DNA from: Marsupella aquatica
Lineage: Eukaryota > Plantae > Marchantiophyta
Direction of reading: 5' to 3'
NCBI GenBank assembly: GCA_973895155.1
Contig: OZ316895.1
Location: 4,529,181 to 4,593,180 of the forward strand
DNA: 64,000 bases
Each line of letters begins with the position of its first letter. The stretch's first letter is position 1. A program made the position numbers and the translations under genes. Below are positions 11,471 to 24,871 of this stretch, in pieces. The notes under the pieces were generated by a model. The model made no database searches. It had not been told where the DNA came from and saw nothing but the letters and a program-made list of their open reading frames with translations.

Positions 11471-13876
11471 TTAGTAGTCATATGCGTCTCTGCTCCTTGT
11501 GCTAGCACTGTCAGGGGTGTAGAGCGGAGATTGCATAGAAGACATCACCTTCGGCCTTATTTCCTCAAGCTGTCTAATTACCTCCCCGATATCTGGCCTC
11601 ACAGCAGCTGTTGGCGCACAACAACCCATCGCGAGTTGCAAGGCTTGCAAAAGCCCATCATCGGCAGGAGTGCGGGCGAGTCCTCTCATAACCTCAAAGT
11701 CAAACACCTCTGATGTTTTCTCCTCCAAGACTGCAGACTTCACCAAGGTGGGCAGATCAACCACCTCTTCCGAATCTGATGACTTGCCAGGCTTCTTCCC
11801 AGTCAACACCTCGAGCATAACTATACCGAAACTGTAGATATCAGTTCTGGTGTTGGCCTTTCTGAGCTTGGTAAGCTCCGGTGCTTTATAGCCTTGTGCA
11901 CTAGCTGCACTTAATACGTCGTTGGTGGCAACCGGGATCATGAGTTTCTCAAGGCCATAGTCTGAAAGGTGAGCAACGTAGTTATCATCCACCAAGATAT
12001 TCTTCGACTTTAGATTACCATGAATGATGGGGGTACTTAGTCCAGTATGAAGGAAAGCTAAACCCCTTGCAGCTCCGAGCATGATTTTGTGACGGCGAGC
12101 CCAACTTGGTGTAGGTTTGGTAGAAGATACGCCTGCACAAAGAATATGCCTTAGAAACAGCAGCAAGCTCTCTTTTGAAATCGTCAGGGGTCCCAAATCC
12201 CCAAAACACCACTGTCGTCTGTGTAAAATACACAACCAGGGCAAGGCAAGAAACATCGAATACAACCTAGCTGGTGGCAAACTTTGTAGTAGCCGACTGT
12301 TTCTCAAGAGGTCCACATTCTCATCCATTGTAACAGAGTTAAAACGGATGCGTCCAAGCAGAATGGAAATTGATGCGACTGGAAGGAAGGCGAAGTTAAT
12401 GACATAAGGAGAAAAGAAAGCCTTACTGTGCAAGAGATCAGCCAAACTTCCTTTTGGCATGTAATCAAATACGAGTAACTTCTCCTCTTTGGGCCCCGAG
12501 TAGTAGGCTCTCAAGGGCACAAGATTCCGGTGACGAATAAGGCCAAGCTCCTGTACTGAAGGCACAAATTCCGGCCGATCTCTGGCGGTTCCCTCTCTGA
12601 GAAGCCTCAGAGCAATCGTAAAACCATTAGCAAGCTTGGCCTTATACACTGTGCCGTAGCTGGTCTTACCCAGCACTTCACCTGTAGCATTGAGTACATC
12701 CTCCGCAGTTAGAGACTCTCCACCTTCGAAATGGACAATTTTCCCAGCTTCCCCTGCTGCGTCGTCGTCTTCAAATTGCCTTCTGAAATCAACACCTCGT
12801 TGCTGCTTCTCGCTGGTAACTTTCGATCGTGCTTGAGTAAGGAAAATCAAAAGGGACCCCGAGACGACAAAAAAGGATAGAACACCAATGATAATTCCAG
12901 CCACCACTTTAGGACTCATGCCCCCTCCTTTATGGGACTCCGTTTTGGCTGTCCCATTAATTGCAGAACTCTGAGGAGTGTAAGCAGGAGCAGGAACGTG
13001 TGCTGCCACGGTCCCAGAACTGTTGCTGCAGTTGGTTGGGAGAGGTGGCCCACATAGAGACGGGTTATTCAAGAAGGAGCTGGAGTCTAATGGAATCCTG
13101 AATGTGGGAATCGGCCCACTTAGATTATTGTTCGAGAGGTCCAAGCTAGTCAAATTGGTCAGCTGTCCCAGGTCTACAGGAATCTCGCCAGAGAAAGAAT
13201 TGTTACTCATGTCGATTTCATTCAGAGCCGGGAAATCACCAAGGAATGGGGGTATAGGCCCATCGAACTGGTTGTTTTGCAACTTCACCTCCCTTAGCAT
13301 GGGACACACCGTCCCAGGATTAGCTGGGGTTGGAAGTAGGCCTTGCAATGAGTTGGAATCAAGCTCCAGGGTCTGCAGCTGACTGCATAGGTTCCACAAC
13401 GAGGCAGGAATGGTCCCGTTCAGGTTGTTCCGTCCCAAGAGCAAGGTATTCAGGTTCGGGCTATTCCCAATCTCCAGAGGAATGGGCCCAGTGATGGCAT
13501 TTTCTCGAAGTGAAAGATCTGTGAGAGAGGAGAGATAACCGAACTCCTTGGGAAGGCCTCCCGTTAATCCTGCGGCTCCCAGAAGAATACTCCTCACTAC
13601 CACATTAGGATCAAACGGACTACTGGAGTTCGAAGCAACTTGTGGATCGGAACAATTCAAAGTTGGGCCATTCCGGTATGCCCAAGTTACTCCCCTCCAT
13701 GTACATATTGGCTTGTTCGTATCCCAGGTGTTGATGAGAACGTTGCTTGGCCCGAGAGTACTTTTCGCAGTGAGCAGGTTAATCACATCCCCATTGAACG
13801 CCCCAATTGAGCAGCACCAAAAGGCCAGAGCGAGCACAGAGCAAAAGAGAATCGTGTTACAGCACCTTGGCCCCAT
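11471..13876 (-). CDS. TMKL1: LRR-III receptor-like (pseudo)kinase, TMKL1-like; 2 exons (12427-13876, 11471-12132), ~703 aa
   Basis: ATG at 13876 (MGPRCC, signal peptide), LRRNT, LRRs, NPSLCG cap and TM segment VVAGIIIGVLSFFVV. The kinase resembles Arabidopsis TMKL1 from memory (VLNATGEVLGKTSYGTVYKAKL, IALRLLREGT, WARRHKI, LHTG..PIIHGN, GYKAPEL, AMGCCAP). HGN replaces HRD and the VAVK Lys is lost. Intron 12133-12426 (GTAAGG...TGTGCAG). Confidence 0.88.
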   Translation of the reverse strand: MGPRCCNTILFCSVLALAFWCCSIGAFNGDVINLLTAKSTLGPSNVLINTWDTNKPICTWRGVTWAYRNGPTLNCSDPQVASNSSSPFDPNVVVRSILLGAAGLTGGLPKEFGYLSSLTDLSLRENAITGPIPLEIGNSPNLNTLLLGRNNLNGTIPASLWNLCSQLQTLELDSNSLQGLLPTPANPGTVCPMLREVKLQNNQFDGPIPPFLGDFPALNEIDMSNNSFSGEIPVDLGQLTNLTSLDLSNNNLSGPIPTFRIPLDSSSFLNNPSLCGPPLPTNCSNSSGTVAAHVPAPAYTPQSSAINGTAKTESHKGGGMSPKVVAGIIIGVLSFFVVSGSLLIFLTQARSKVTSEKQQRGVDFRRQFEDDDAAGEAGKIVHFEGGESLTAEDVLNATGEVLGKTSYGTVYKAKLANGFTIALRLLREGTARDRPEFVPSVQELGLIRHRNLVPLRAYYSGPKEEKLLVFDYMPKGSLADLLHSKAFFSPYVINFAFLPVASISILLGRIRFNSVTMDENVDLLRNSRLLQSLPPARLYSMFLALPWLCILHRRQWCFGDLGPLTISKESLLLFLRHILCAGVSSTKPTPSWARRHKIMLGAARGLAFLHTGLSTPIIHGNLKSKNILVDDNYVAHLSDYGLEKLMIPVATNDVLSAASAQGYKAPELTKLRKANTRTDIYSFGIVMLEVLTGKKPGKSSDSEEVVDLPTLVKSAVLEEKTSEVFDFEVMRGLARTPADDGLLQALQLAMGCCAPTAAVRPDIGEVIRQLEEIRPKVMSSMQSPLYTPDSASTRSRDAYDY

Positions 13877-16800
13877 GCCTCCTTCGCCTGTCCACACACC
13901 GTACCAGCCTTCACAGCTTGATCGCCGATCACCACAAAACCTTACCACTTGGAGTGAACAATTTTCGGCTCATAATGCTGGCCCACTTCGCGAGGGGATT
14001 TACTGTGTCACTCGAGTGCCAGTCTATATTTCGAAGAGGTTTCCGCCTAGGAATGTTTGACATTGGAAACCATCAGGATCGGCTTCTGGGGAAGGAACAT
14101 CTCAAACGCACAGCTGTCAGGGAAGGGAATTGCTGCTCCCGAGATCAATCCGCTGACACTTCGGATGGTGAACGTGGAGTAATGAGTTTGGTATCATTCG
14201 GCTTCGCCCAAAGCCCAAATGTCAGCTTCAACTATGACCGCTCGAGCGACATAACGGAGCGCATAGACTCTCCAAGGAAATCAAGATACCTGCAACAGAA
14301 ATCAAAGCAGGGCTGTTAGAGAAATCTAGTTGCTGAATTCTGTGGTACAGGATAATACCTTACACAGACTGTCAAGACCCGCTGAAAAAGGGGTGGACTT
14401 GAAGCATGAGAGAGCAGATGGTTCAGGGGTTAAGGGAGACATCTGTTAAGACCAGACGCAGCACGGGAATATCGTTCTAAGCAGATGGATTATAATGCTC
14501 GTAATTAGTAACCTCCACTGATAAGCCTACTAATCTTTGGCTAAGCGCCAGCTCTCCATCCTGATTCGGAGAGACGTCGAGTTTCACCTGCCTTACAAGA
14601 AGGAAAAGTGCATTCTTGAGATCATGGCTGGAAGCGGAAATAGTGGAATTTCCACGTGTGATCGACAATTGTCAAGACATGCTATTGACTTCCCTTCCCA
14701 CGTAGAACCTAATGATGTAGATTATGTACCCTTGTCCCGTCAGAACCCAACCACTACACTATGCAATTCTGCAACCTGAGATCTCGCGCGCATCCTAATG
14801 GCAGGCAAATGTACACGGACGAATTCGCCTCCGTCACAACGTCATTCACAGCCGAAGAATAAAGAAGGGTTTCCTCCTGGACTCTACTACCAAGGTCGAG
14901 GTAGGTGATCAGAAACAGAAATTTGTAGGGTCTAATGTGGCGGAGTTCATGAAGAATCCCCACAACTATAGCATAGAGGAAAAACTTGTTAGTTTCGGAG
15001 GGGAAAAGAAGACTACCCACACCATAGATGGAAGAGAACAGTGCCTAATTGCCGTTGCTACAGCAGCTTGCCTCGCATTTGCTAATAGTAAGGATCCTAG
15101 CTTACTAGCGCACGCTTGATAACACATGGGCAGGGCCTGCTCTTGAATGTCTTAACTGTGATAACAGCGGCAGCATCCCGCTCTTGACTGATGTCTCCCA
15201 CCACTGTCCGTGCTGAATCAACTAATCCAGAGGCTGAGAATAGTGACATAGTAATCCGAAAACCACGGTGGGCTGGGTAGTGTCGTGAACAAAGCTCCCA
15301 CTAGAGCAGACTCCTCCGATGGGAAGACGTACGACGAGGCCGACCAACACCAAAAGACAGACGCCTCTATATAATTTCGACCTGCACCTACTAGGTGCTC
15401 AAAGGTGAGCACCAGCCCCACAGATAATGATGCCTCAAGAACTAGTCTTCATCTCACAGAACCAGCTCCCCCGTCCCCCCTCTCCTCCACCGAACTAAAC
15501 CAACCCACCCAGTTCAAATGAGTTCTCCCTCTCAACAATTCTTTTCTCTCCGAACACCAAATTTGCGTTCTCACCCGTCCCGTCCTTGCTAACTAACTTG
15601 TCCTGCCCTCCCTCCGCTGCCCTGTCCTGCCCTCCCTCTCCACACGCACCACCAACGTAAGCAATGCTGCTGTTTGCCTTCCCGAATCCCCATCATCCGC
15701 TTCTGGAGAGGAGTAGCTAACCAGTCCTCTATTTCTCATCCACTGATGAGCACAGCTGATGAGCATATCCTCACTCACTCATCTCACTGATCACTCCAGT
15801 CATCTCACTCACAGGCCCTGTCCACCTAGAATCACTCACGTAATCGCTGCACATTGATTGCCCTTCTGGCCCAAATGAAGGCCTTAATATGCCACCACCA
15901 AACAACGCAGGTCAGCGCAGGCCCCTTTGCAGTAAGTTGTTGCGGCAATGCCGGCTCATCCAGTCGTCCCCTACTCTCAAAGTTCAAAGTTCAAACCGCT
16001 CAGATCATGACCCTCCTACGGAAGAACTATCATGACACCCTGAGTGTGAGATCCCATTCAACTATTCAAGTATTCAACAGTCAAAATCCAGTTCCCTTTT
16101 CTCCTCTGGTGTCTGTAAAGCGTGCATGGGGAATTGGGGCATAGCAGACTGGCAGTCTAGCAAAGCAGCTTCCGACAATCCTCCCCACCGCACCGCACCC
16201 CACCATCCCGTCTTTCGCGTGCCCTTTTGGTCTCCATCGTGGTCCCACCCTCGCAGAAAAATCGCTAGCTCGCCATCGCCATTCTTCCCCCAACCTCAAC
16301 TCAGGACCAGTCCCCTCACGTAGGACGATGAAGAAAGGAAAAGAAAGGAACGCGTCCCTACATTTGGACCGTTTGTCGGCGACGAGCCCGCCGTCAACAG
16401 CCGTCCAATGCTCCAGTCGCCGTCGCCTCGAGTGCCGCCCCCGACCTGACTGGCACGTCACACCATTCGCCCCCACACGGGGGGCGCTGGACTGCAGGGC
16501 AATCAGGGGACGATTATTATTTCGTTGCACGCCAACTTCAACGCCACTAGAGGACATGTCACATTAGTGAGGGGAGGATTCGAGTCATGAATTTGGAGCT
16601 TCTCATCACTCTCTTCAACATACCCCACCTACTCATGATTGTGGACTTCTGCATAATGTTTATATATCACAAACAATCAATCATGTAGTGGATCTTAGTA
16701 ACTAACTCGACAAATAATTTTCTCAAAACTAGCTTGATTACCCCATTGATTAAATAGCAAGATAACCTTGTCCTTGAATAGAAACAAAGATGAAGACAAA

Positions 16801-17929
16801 CAAAAATTATGCAAAAATAAAGAATTCTATGATATTTCAGTTCACTAGCCTGACTACCAGTCCCTTGAACATAAATAGAATTGAAAAAAAAATGAAAAAA
16901 ATCTATAATATTATCTTTGCAAACCATTCTTTTGCACCTTTTAGATTTTTTTTATTTGGAGACATTATTACATTTTGTCTTTATTTGAGTTATGGTTTAG
17001 AGGCTTCACTCTAGACAATAGCCCTTAAAAGTAGCTTATGTTTGCAATTATATAGTAAGAGTTTTGCCCCCATCTTTGTTTCTTTTCCACCCTAGTTTCC
17101 AGTTTTGTCCTTATTAAGGGTTACAATCTAAAGGTTTTGTTCTAGACCACGGCCTGGAAATTAACTTTGCATCACACTTAATTAGTAAGATTGAATCTAA
17201 CTTCGTTCTGGCACCTACTGACTAGAAGTGGAAACTTGGATAGACACAAATGTTTGATGTGATGGACATGCAAAACTAGAGCAGTACTAAAGCAGAAAAT
17301 AATGGAAACTCAAATGGACACTAAGGTTTGACGTGATGCTAGGATGCACTTGCAAAACTTTGATGGACACAGATGAAATATTTCAATTTGTTCGCATATT
17401 ATGTTTCTTTCTTTTTTTAATAAGGAAAACTGTAAAACCCCAAGAGTCAATCATAACGTTTGAACTGTGGACTTATGAGTCTCAACTCAAGGGGCCTAGG
17501 ACACAGCCCTGCCTCTCTCATAGCATGTTTTATGCATTCTGTTCCACAAAAGGACTTGTATGGGTATTCTGCCTTTGCAACTGTCCAATTTTTTATTGAA
17601 CTTAGTTGAAGTAGTTGGGGTCCCTAGGTTCCTTCCATGACTACTGTGAGCGTGCCCAAAACCTCTTAAATACACTTCCATATCATGACACTCTAGTTAA
17701 GATTTTGGGCCTATTGTGACACTGTAAAGATTGTGCGTCCATCCAAGTACCAGCCTCAAAATGGTACTAACCATTTATCCCTAAGCACTAATCTAGGCAC
17801 TAATAAGTACTTCAACTTGTGCTCAGTCATTTCAGTCAAGCTTACTTTGCCAAAAACCTTATAAAAACAGTTGATGGCTGATTTTGAGTTTGGTTCGTTC
17901 ATAGTTTGTAAATAAAACAAAAGGATAAT

Positions 17930-19134
17930 TGTTTTTTTTTAAATAGATAAATTTTACTGAAAAGGCCTCAAGAAACCCCGCAGCAAGGACCAGAGGGGGG
18001 GGGGCAAGGGGCAAAACCCAGCAGCAAGCAAAAGAACACCGGCGCCCAAGAAACAAAGCCCCTGGGCCCTAGGTCAAGACTTTAGGGCGGGAATGAGTCC
18101 TAGTCAACCACCTACTAATGGCCAAAAAATGAATCCACCTACAATCCCACCTCCAGTGCACCAAATGGCAGTCCCAAATGGATGGGCCTCCAATGAGAGA
18201 AAACAAAGGTACTAGGTTCAGAATAATCCCACGGACCTAGTATACCAATTCCTAAAGGACAGAGCCCTTCTCTTAAGTTGCTTACTATTGTGATCGGAGT
18301 ATGAGGTGTTGCCACTACAGGCTTGCCAAACACCACCCAACCAAGGGGATGTGGGGCAGCCCATACCAATCCTACCAATAACCCAAATTGTTTTGTTCCC
18401 TTCTTTCAAGTTCGTAGGTAGACCACTGGGTAAACATTAGCAGGATAGTCTACTATAGAAGAATATCAAGAGACATTCCAGATTGAGACAAATGCTTCAG
18501 AGTTGTGTGGGTGTGGTTTCAAAGATTGACCACACATCCAATGATGTGTATGGGCCCGACGATCCCTGTTTAGCAGTGGCCCTCTCCACCAAAAAATTAA
18601 GAAAGAAAATTACTAGTTGCAAGTAGTAGACCATTTGAATGGGGGAGGCCAGGGAAACTTGTTGACATCATCCTTTTTACACATACTCCACCCAGAAGTG
18701 GGGTTCATTAGCAGCTACCGTTCCCCTGAACACAACGTCATGACACTGTATTCAAATAGTGTGCCCTAAGCCTTGTGTGCAAATTTTGAATACTTCAATA
18801 CAATTTCGCTCACAAACATCTTGGGTGCCAATAACAGGCTAAGCTGGGGTCATAGAATTAGGAACCAGTCTCGATAGTTTCTGCATAACTTAGGACCTTG
18901 ATCATTTCAGCTCGTACAATCAATCACCCACTCCAAAATGCATTCCCTGATCTCCTTCTGTCTTTTCTCTATAATTGTTTTATTGCTTATAGGAGGTATG
19001 TAAATCATCAGGGTCTGGATATCTGTGATGTAGCTTGGAAGCTTGTCTCTCTTCTCTTTGCGCCACTTCTGGTCTTTTGACATGAAGAGAATAACTAGTT
19101 GGCATCCTAGATTGAGATCCTCATCAGATGCCAA
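17930..19134 (-). mobile_element. Possible degenerate LINE 3' remnant
   Basis: Minus strand ends in ...TTTATCTATTTAAAAAAAAA at ~17932. ORF 18907-19134 (LPSYI...IPP...IIEKRQKEIRECILEW) weakly resembles the plant L1 post-RT motif LPxY..IP..IEK..R.FLW. Confidence 0.3.
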
Positions 19135-22100
19135 CTACTCATACAGATCAGTCACTCTTGAACCCGCGATTAATCATTAGGTTCACTTTGGGCCAGCTGG
19201 GTTGATTTTTGGTAACTCAACTAAGATGTCAAACTCAAACACAGAGCCCAGTTGTTGTGTTCAAATAGGAACCGTCTTCTTAGTCAAGAGAGCTCATTTT
19301 TTCCCCATTTTCAAACACAATGCTATGGCCCTCTGTTAGAGGGAAACCGTAGTCACACTCAAATAATAAATTGAAGGGCAAGCATAGAGGCGCTTGCACC
19401 TAAGTAAGGGAGGTCTCATAATGAGACTTAGGATTGCCCTAAGTGATGAACGCCACAAAGAGGTAGGAGAAGTGCTTATTAGGGTGCGTATTTGACATTA
19501 CAGCAGGGTCATAGGTCTGAAGAATGACACATATGGACAAGTACACTATTCTAGTTTTCATCAAGACTCATTCATAAGAAGCTACTTGGTATTGCCAGGT
19601 ATTATTAATACCCTAGCCAAAGAATTATAACTTCATAAGGTCAGACGATTAGACATGGATCACATTTGATTACTATCAAAAAAACGTTACTTTGGCCTAT
19701 TAATGCTAACGGTAGTCTATCCTAATAGAGAATCTGGCAACCCTTTTGAATTTGAGCCGTTCAATTAGACCTCTTCAAGGCCACGATTTGTTGCAGAGGT
19801 ATTAAACAGTAGTTATGAGCAGCCGGCATAGTAAGTACAGGATTAATTAGTGGCAGTCTAGTCTATTAGCCTAGCCCACAGATTATTAAACGAGCAGGAA
19901 TCTTTAACTGAAGACTACGAGCTGAACTCCTTGCGCTTGGAGTCAAAAGTCTATCGGAAACAATCATGAAGCAGGAACAACTCAAGAAAACCTTAATTAA
20001 GGGGATAAATAAGAAGATGGACAATTCTGATGATCAAAGTGCGGTAAACTCTAGCTAAGTGCACTCCCGTGAACAATCCAGCAATATGTACTTAAATAGG
20101 GTTTCGACTACTTTGATTAACTGTAATTGTAAGGTTTTGACATGCAATGGCCCTCTCTGGCAGTCAAGATAATCAAGACTTCCTTAGTAAGTTATATATC
20201 CCCAAACGTGATACTCCAGTTCATAGTGCAAATTTATTCTCCATAAATATTACTCGCGGATCATTAAGTGTAAGTTGAGGGAAATGCACATGTGTCACTG
20301 TGTTCATGAACCCTTATAGAGGGTTCTCCACTTTTACATTTGTTGTTTAGTGCATCACCTTGCACTTAATAAAAGTGCAAAATGCAAAATGCTGGGGGAG
20401 AAGGTAAGAACGGTACACCTGGCAATTACCCAGGGTTTACTCTTATGGAGTGTGCAGTGCTCACTGTACTACTGTAGGCATGCAAGCCGAAATTAATTAT
20501 AAGATGACTCTCGAGAGTAATTAGCCAAACAGGAAATTTGGCAGGTGCACTACAAAATTAAATGACCATCGTTAATCACTTAATCAGCGTCCTTACATTA
20601 ATAGGAGCAGCATACACGAAGCACTGTATCATAATATCATTTGTACCTTGACGATGCAAATATGCAATCATGGATCAATGGTGTTGAGACTATAATAATC
20701 ATGCCCACGACGCTCAGGCGTCACCTTCCTGGAGAAATCCTTCATGGAGGTCTGCTGAATACTCATTACTTTATCGTCCATGATAGTTTGTGGGGTGTGC
20801 ACCATGGTCTTACTGTAGACTATGGCCTACAATAGCGTTTGTTTAGCAGCGAAGATTCGTTTGCCTAAATTTTGCCTTTTGTCTTCTCATAGCCAGTTTC
20901 CCACACTGAGGCACAAACCCCATTAGCCAGAATCTCATGGCTGTATTTAAATCTAGGGAGATCCTTTCGTCAGAATTGAACATGAATATTCTTAGCATTT
21001 CTCCTTCACTCAAGGGGACATTCTACACACTGCCCAAAAAGGGAAAACAAAAAAAGGGCTTCAAAATTTCCCTGCCGTACACATGTATCACCGTGCCAAA
21101 TAATAGAAAGCATCACTAAGAAATGATCACAAGGCTGGAGACACCGTCAAGGACAAAAACCCAGGAAGACCCAAGGGCCCAAAATCATTCAAACAAATCT
21201 GCACCAAGTGTTTTTGCGACCAAAACAAACAATGATCAACGCTCCAACCCCCCCCCCCCCCCCCCCCTCATTATTTTTACAAGTCAACCTCAAAGTTCAT
21301 TGACTGAGTGAATTCAGTTTATAGTGGTGAGATCTAGAACTTGATGTGTATGCCAACGGATGAATTATAGTCTCACATTCAGGAATCTATAAACAAAATG
21401 GTGCTGAGAAGATAGATAACATACCTTGACAGAGAGTGAAAGACATGACACAAAGGAGCGAGAGGGAAAGTTGCTCAGTTCAAATGTTGCCCTAAATTAC
21501 CACGCCCCCTCCCCCCTTTCCTCCCCTCCCCCCCTGAGTTGATCCTTGCCAGTTTGAACTTATCCTGTAACATTTTGCAAGACTTCTCACTCCTGCCTCT
21601 CCTTTGCTAGCAAAAGCCCTTTAAGGTAAATATGAGCGCCAGGACCACCATAGCAGCAAAATCGTCTTCCCACATGAATACCAGTTAAATAATTTCATTC
21701 ACTGCAAACATGGTCCTCATATAGCCTGTAAACATCTTGCACATGACAGCTTCTGCTCCACAATGCAACTCTAGGGGTTTGACATCGTAGCAAATTCCTA
21801 TGTGCAAGATGGAGAGGTCTTATTTGATCTTATTTTATTTGTGTTCTTGGTTGACTAAATGCATTTACACTTCATAAAAAATTTGGGGAAAATGCAAAAT
21901 GTGAAAATACAATTTAATTGAGCTTGCAGCTGTTAGAAACAACAAGGACATCTTTCTATATACTTACGGAGAGAGGCCAGAGTAAGGGCTATGGTCTAGA
22001 TTGAAGCCTCTAGCCAGGCTGGGCCCAAACTAATAATCTTGGGGGGGGTGGGGGGGGGGGGGGGTGGGGGTGGGGTGCGGATGAATTCTCACCAACTATT

Positions 22101-23515
22101 GATGTTTAAATGATAGGCATCAGGATGGTGTCTTTTAATAGCAAGTTCTACGGTAAGAGTAACCTCAGATGTGAGGCAATTAGTTGGCTCCAAAGCAGGT
22201 GAGAATTATTATTATCCACCTGCTAAACTCGTAGTGTCGAGGTGATACAGTGGTCAACCAGTCATTTGAAAGACCACTAATCTTGGCTTGGAAACACTAG
22301 TAAAAGACATGTAGCATTGCCGAAGAGGGACCAGAAATCAGCAGAAAAGATGCAGAGGTTGTGGATGACACTCAAGATGAGAAATGCTTTCTAAGATGGA
22401 CTGGCCAACAAAAAGACAATCCCTCTAGCATAACTCTTCCACACAGAGTAACGTGAGAATTGTCGTTCACACTCAGCTAAACTCAAGCCAGGAGGAACAT
22501 GTTTTTCGTTTCGTCAGGAACCAGGGAAGATGTTGTGATTACCCAAAACAACCTTTGCATCATTGTCAAGATCAGCCGACACTAGTAATAGCGCTGGTAG
22601 TGGAACCTTACAATCAGTGCATATGACTGGCTGATCGGGTGATCCTGCCATAAAACTTGAAGAATCAACCAATCATGAGCCGATCAGCCAGCCATTTGCA
22701 TCGATTGCATAGTTCCAGCACAATGCAGTCGAGTTAGCAGCACATCTACACGCTTGGTGCAGAGATTTCTTTGAGATACCACAATGTCTTCCCGGTTTCC
22801 CTGACACGGTAGAAAGGATGGTTCCCTTGGATTGGGGAAAACAACAATCCTACTGCCCCCCTAGTCGATGTCCTATTGGCCTCGTCAACTGGTAATCCTA
22901 ATTGACTATGTCGTCCTCGCCAAAGGTATGGGTTGTACAGGTTATGTTCCGAGTCACATCCTGGCACCTCTTGCACAGTAGTGGTTGGTCACTTACTAGA
23001 TGGGCATGGGCACATTCCTTCCTGCGGACTCCAACTGACAATGGGCTTGAAGATCAGAAATCTATGACATTATCACCACCAGTGGTCGTCGAGCATGAAG
23101 TGGCAAACCAGTGACGTTTCGACCCACTTCGGCCCAAAATTGTTGTACACCACCACTATAAATGTGAAGAGAGACCGCCACTGTGTAGCAGTTCTCCTCC
23201 TTGTGAGTGACAATGGGACTTCTGCCCATCCATTCCTTCAACTACCATCTAACAATTCCTTGTACGAGATCAAAAGAACTTGTCACTAATGCCCAAGGAC
23301 GAGGGCTGCCTCCAATTGACGAATGAGTTGGATACCACTACAATTGAAAATGCGAAAACAAAGAGCCTCACCAAGATATTGAGAACAACGTATAATGCCA
23401 CTGGAAACAACATACCTGTGGTAATGAAAGTAAACATAGATGCTAATTTTAACTGTTCTGCAGACTCTTGTGTTCCAAGCCCTTGGCACTGAAGGCTCAT
23501 TACAATCATTATTTC

Positions 23516-24871
23516 TTAAATTACAAAGGTTGAACCTGAAGCCTGTGACGACCGTTGGAAGCTACTTAACCTCACAATTGATTGCTCAAGCTCTGCAGCA
23601 ACATCCTGATGATACTTCTCCAAGGTACTCGAAGACTCGGAAGGTCTAGAGGTTGAATCACCAAGGCTGGATTGTCCAAGGGCCATGGAAACCAAATGAG
23701 TTGTAGTACTGTCTTCCAGTTGCTTTGTATCATCTGCAGAAGTGCCTACCCTTGCGATAAACTCACGTGCCTCTTCGCTGACAGGCTCATTGCCACTACT
23801 TCCGTCTAGGGCAGCACCGGTGCTTGCTGATGGAGGACCCGACTCACCTAATACGCTGTGTCTGGCCCCTGTTGAAACTCCATCTATTAATTGTGAGCTG
23901 CACGCCTTCGAGTCTCCACAAGACCGTCCTGCACAACAAGCATTGGCTGTATCTTCTTGTTCACTATGTTTGGCCGTTGTTTCTTCGTCAGTTCGGGTCT
24001 GCGAAGACGAAGCATTTCGACTTGACTCTGAGGAATGTCCTTGGATAGAGTTCTCTGCATTGGCTCCCTTCCGCAAAATTGTATCCTTGTAGTACATACT
24101 CATAGCCTCGGCGGATGAAATGTTGGATATAGTCAAGTGCAGTGCCTCCAGTCGCTTTCCTCCCTCTCGATCTTTCAGAATCAAGTCCTTCATTGCAGAA
24201 GGCAAGTAAGCATATGCACTGCCAGCACCAAAATCATACACCACGAGCCAAAGCTTAGTTTAAGTGAAGAGAGATACTCTAGAATTTGACAAACTCGTGC
24301 ATCATTTCAACCGCAAGCGACTTGGGAGCAGAGAATGGTGAGAACCTTGCAGCCCCCCGGGCAACTCCCCAACTAAATCCTGGTCCAACTCCTTCTTGGA
24401 AACCCAGATTAAATCCTTCCTGCACGGACGAGTTGTTCCCTGCCGTAATGCCATCCCTATACCCCAGCTGGGTTCTTGCCAATCAAGGGCCCACAAACCT
24501 CAAGTCTTAAAACAGAGAATTTCCTTGTCTTTCCAATTTATGCACGATCTGCTGCGACTTTCAACAAAGCAACCGAAGCATCCACACTAAAATCTAAATT
24601 CCCGTTACAATCAAACACTCTCACTCGCGTCTAGCTAATGCCACAACGGGACTTCAGGAGAAACCTTTCTAATCCACAACCCTTAATGGGAAAAGGATAC
24701 ATTGTGAAACTGAAGATGGCGAGCCTCCCACTCTCTCTGGAGATCTGAGGATGGTTGAGTGCTGCGAGAGTGCTCCTCGATTTCGTCGTCGTCGCCCTCT
24801 GCTCCCCACGGATCGATCTCCTCCGCGTCAGGTTCAACAGCCCTGCTGCTGGCTAAACCCACAGACTCCAT
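23516..24871 (-). CDS. YAE1: Yae1 N-terminal domain (deca-GX3) protein; 3 exons (24701-24871, 24346-24467, 23516-24218), ~331 aa
   Basis: Acidic N-terminus, then DLQREWEARHLQFHN|LGYRDGITAGNNSSVQEGFNLGFQEGVGPGFSWGVARG, the GX3 repeat typical of Yae1_N. Splice phases are consistent. Confidence 0.85.

Noticed and set aside
13877-13948. N-terminal extension of the 825-aa ORF
   Set aside because: It starts at a non-ATG codon. The signal peptide follows the ATG at 13876.
13023-14319. Plus-strand ORFs of 119-170 aa
   Set aside because: They overlap the LRR kinase exon and its leader in antisense and have no recognisable domain.
16081-16567. GC-rich overlapping ORFs
   Set aside because: No homology recognised. 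More likely promoter-type GC-rich DNA.
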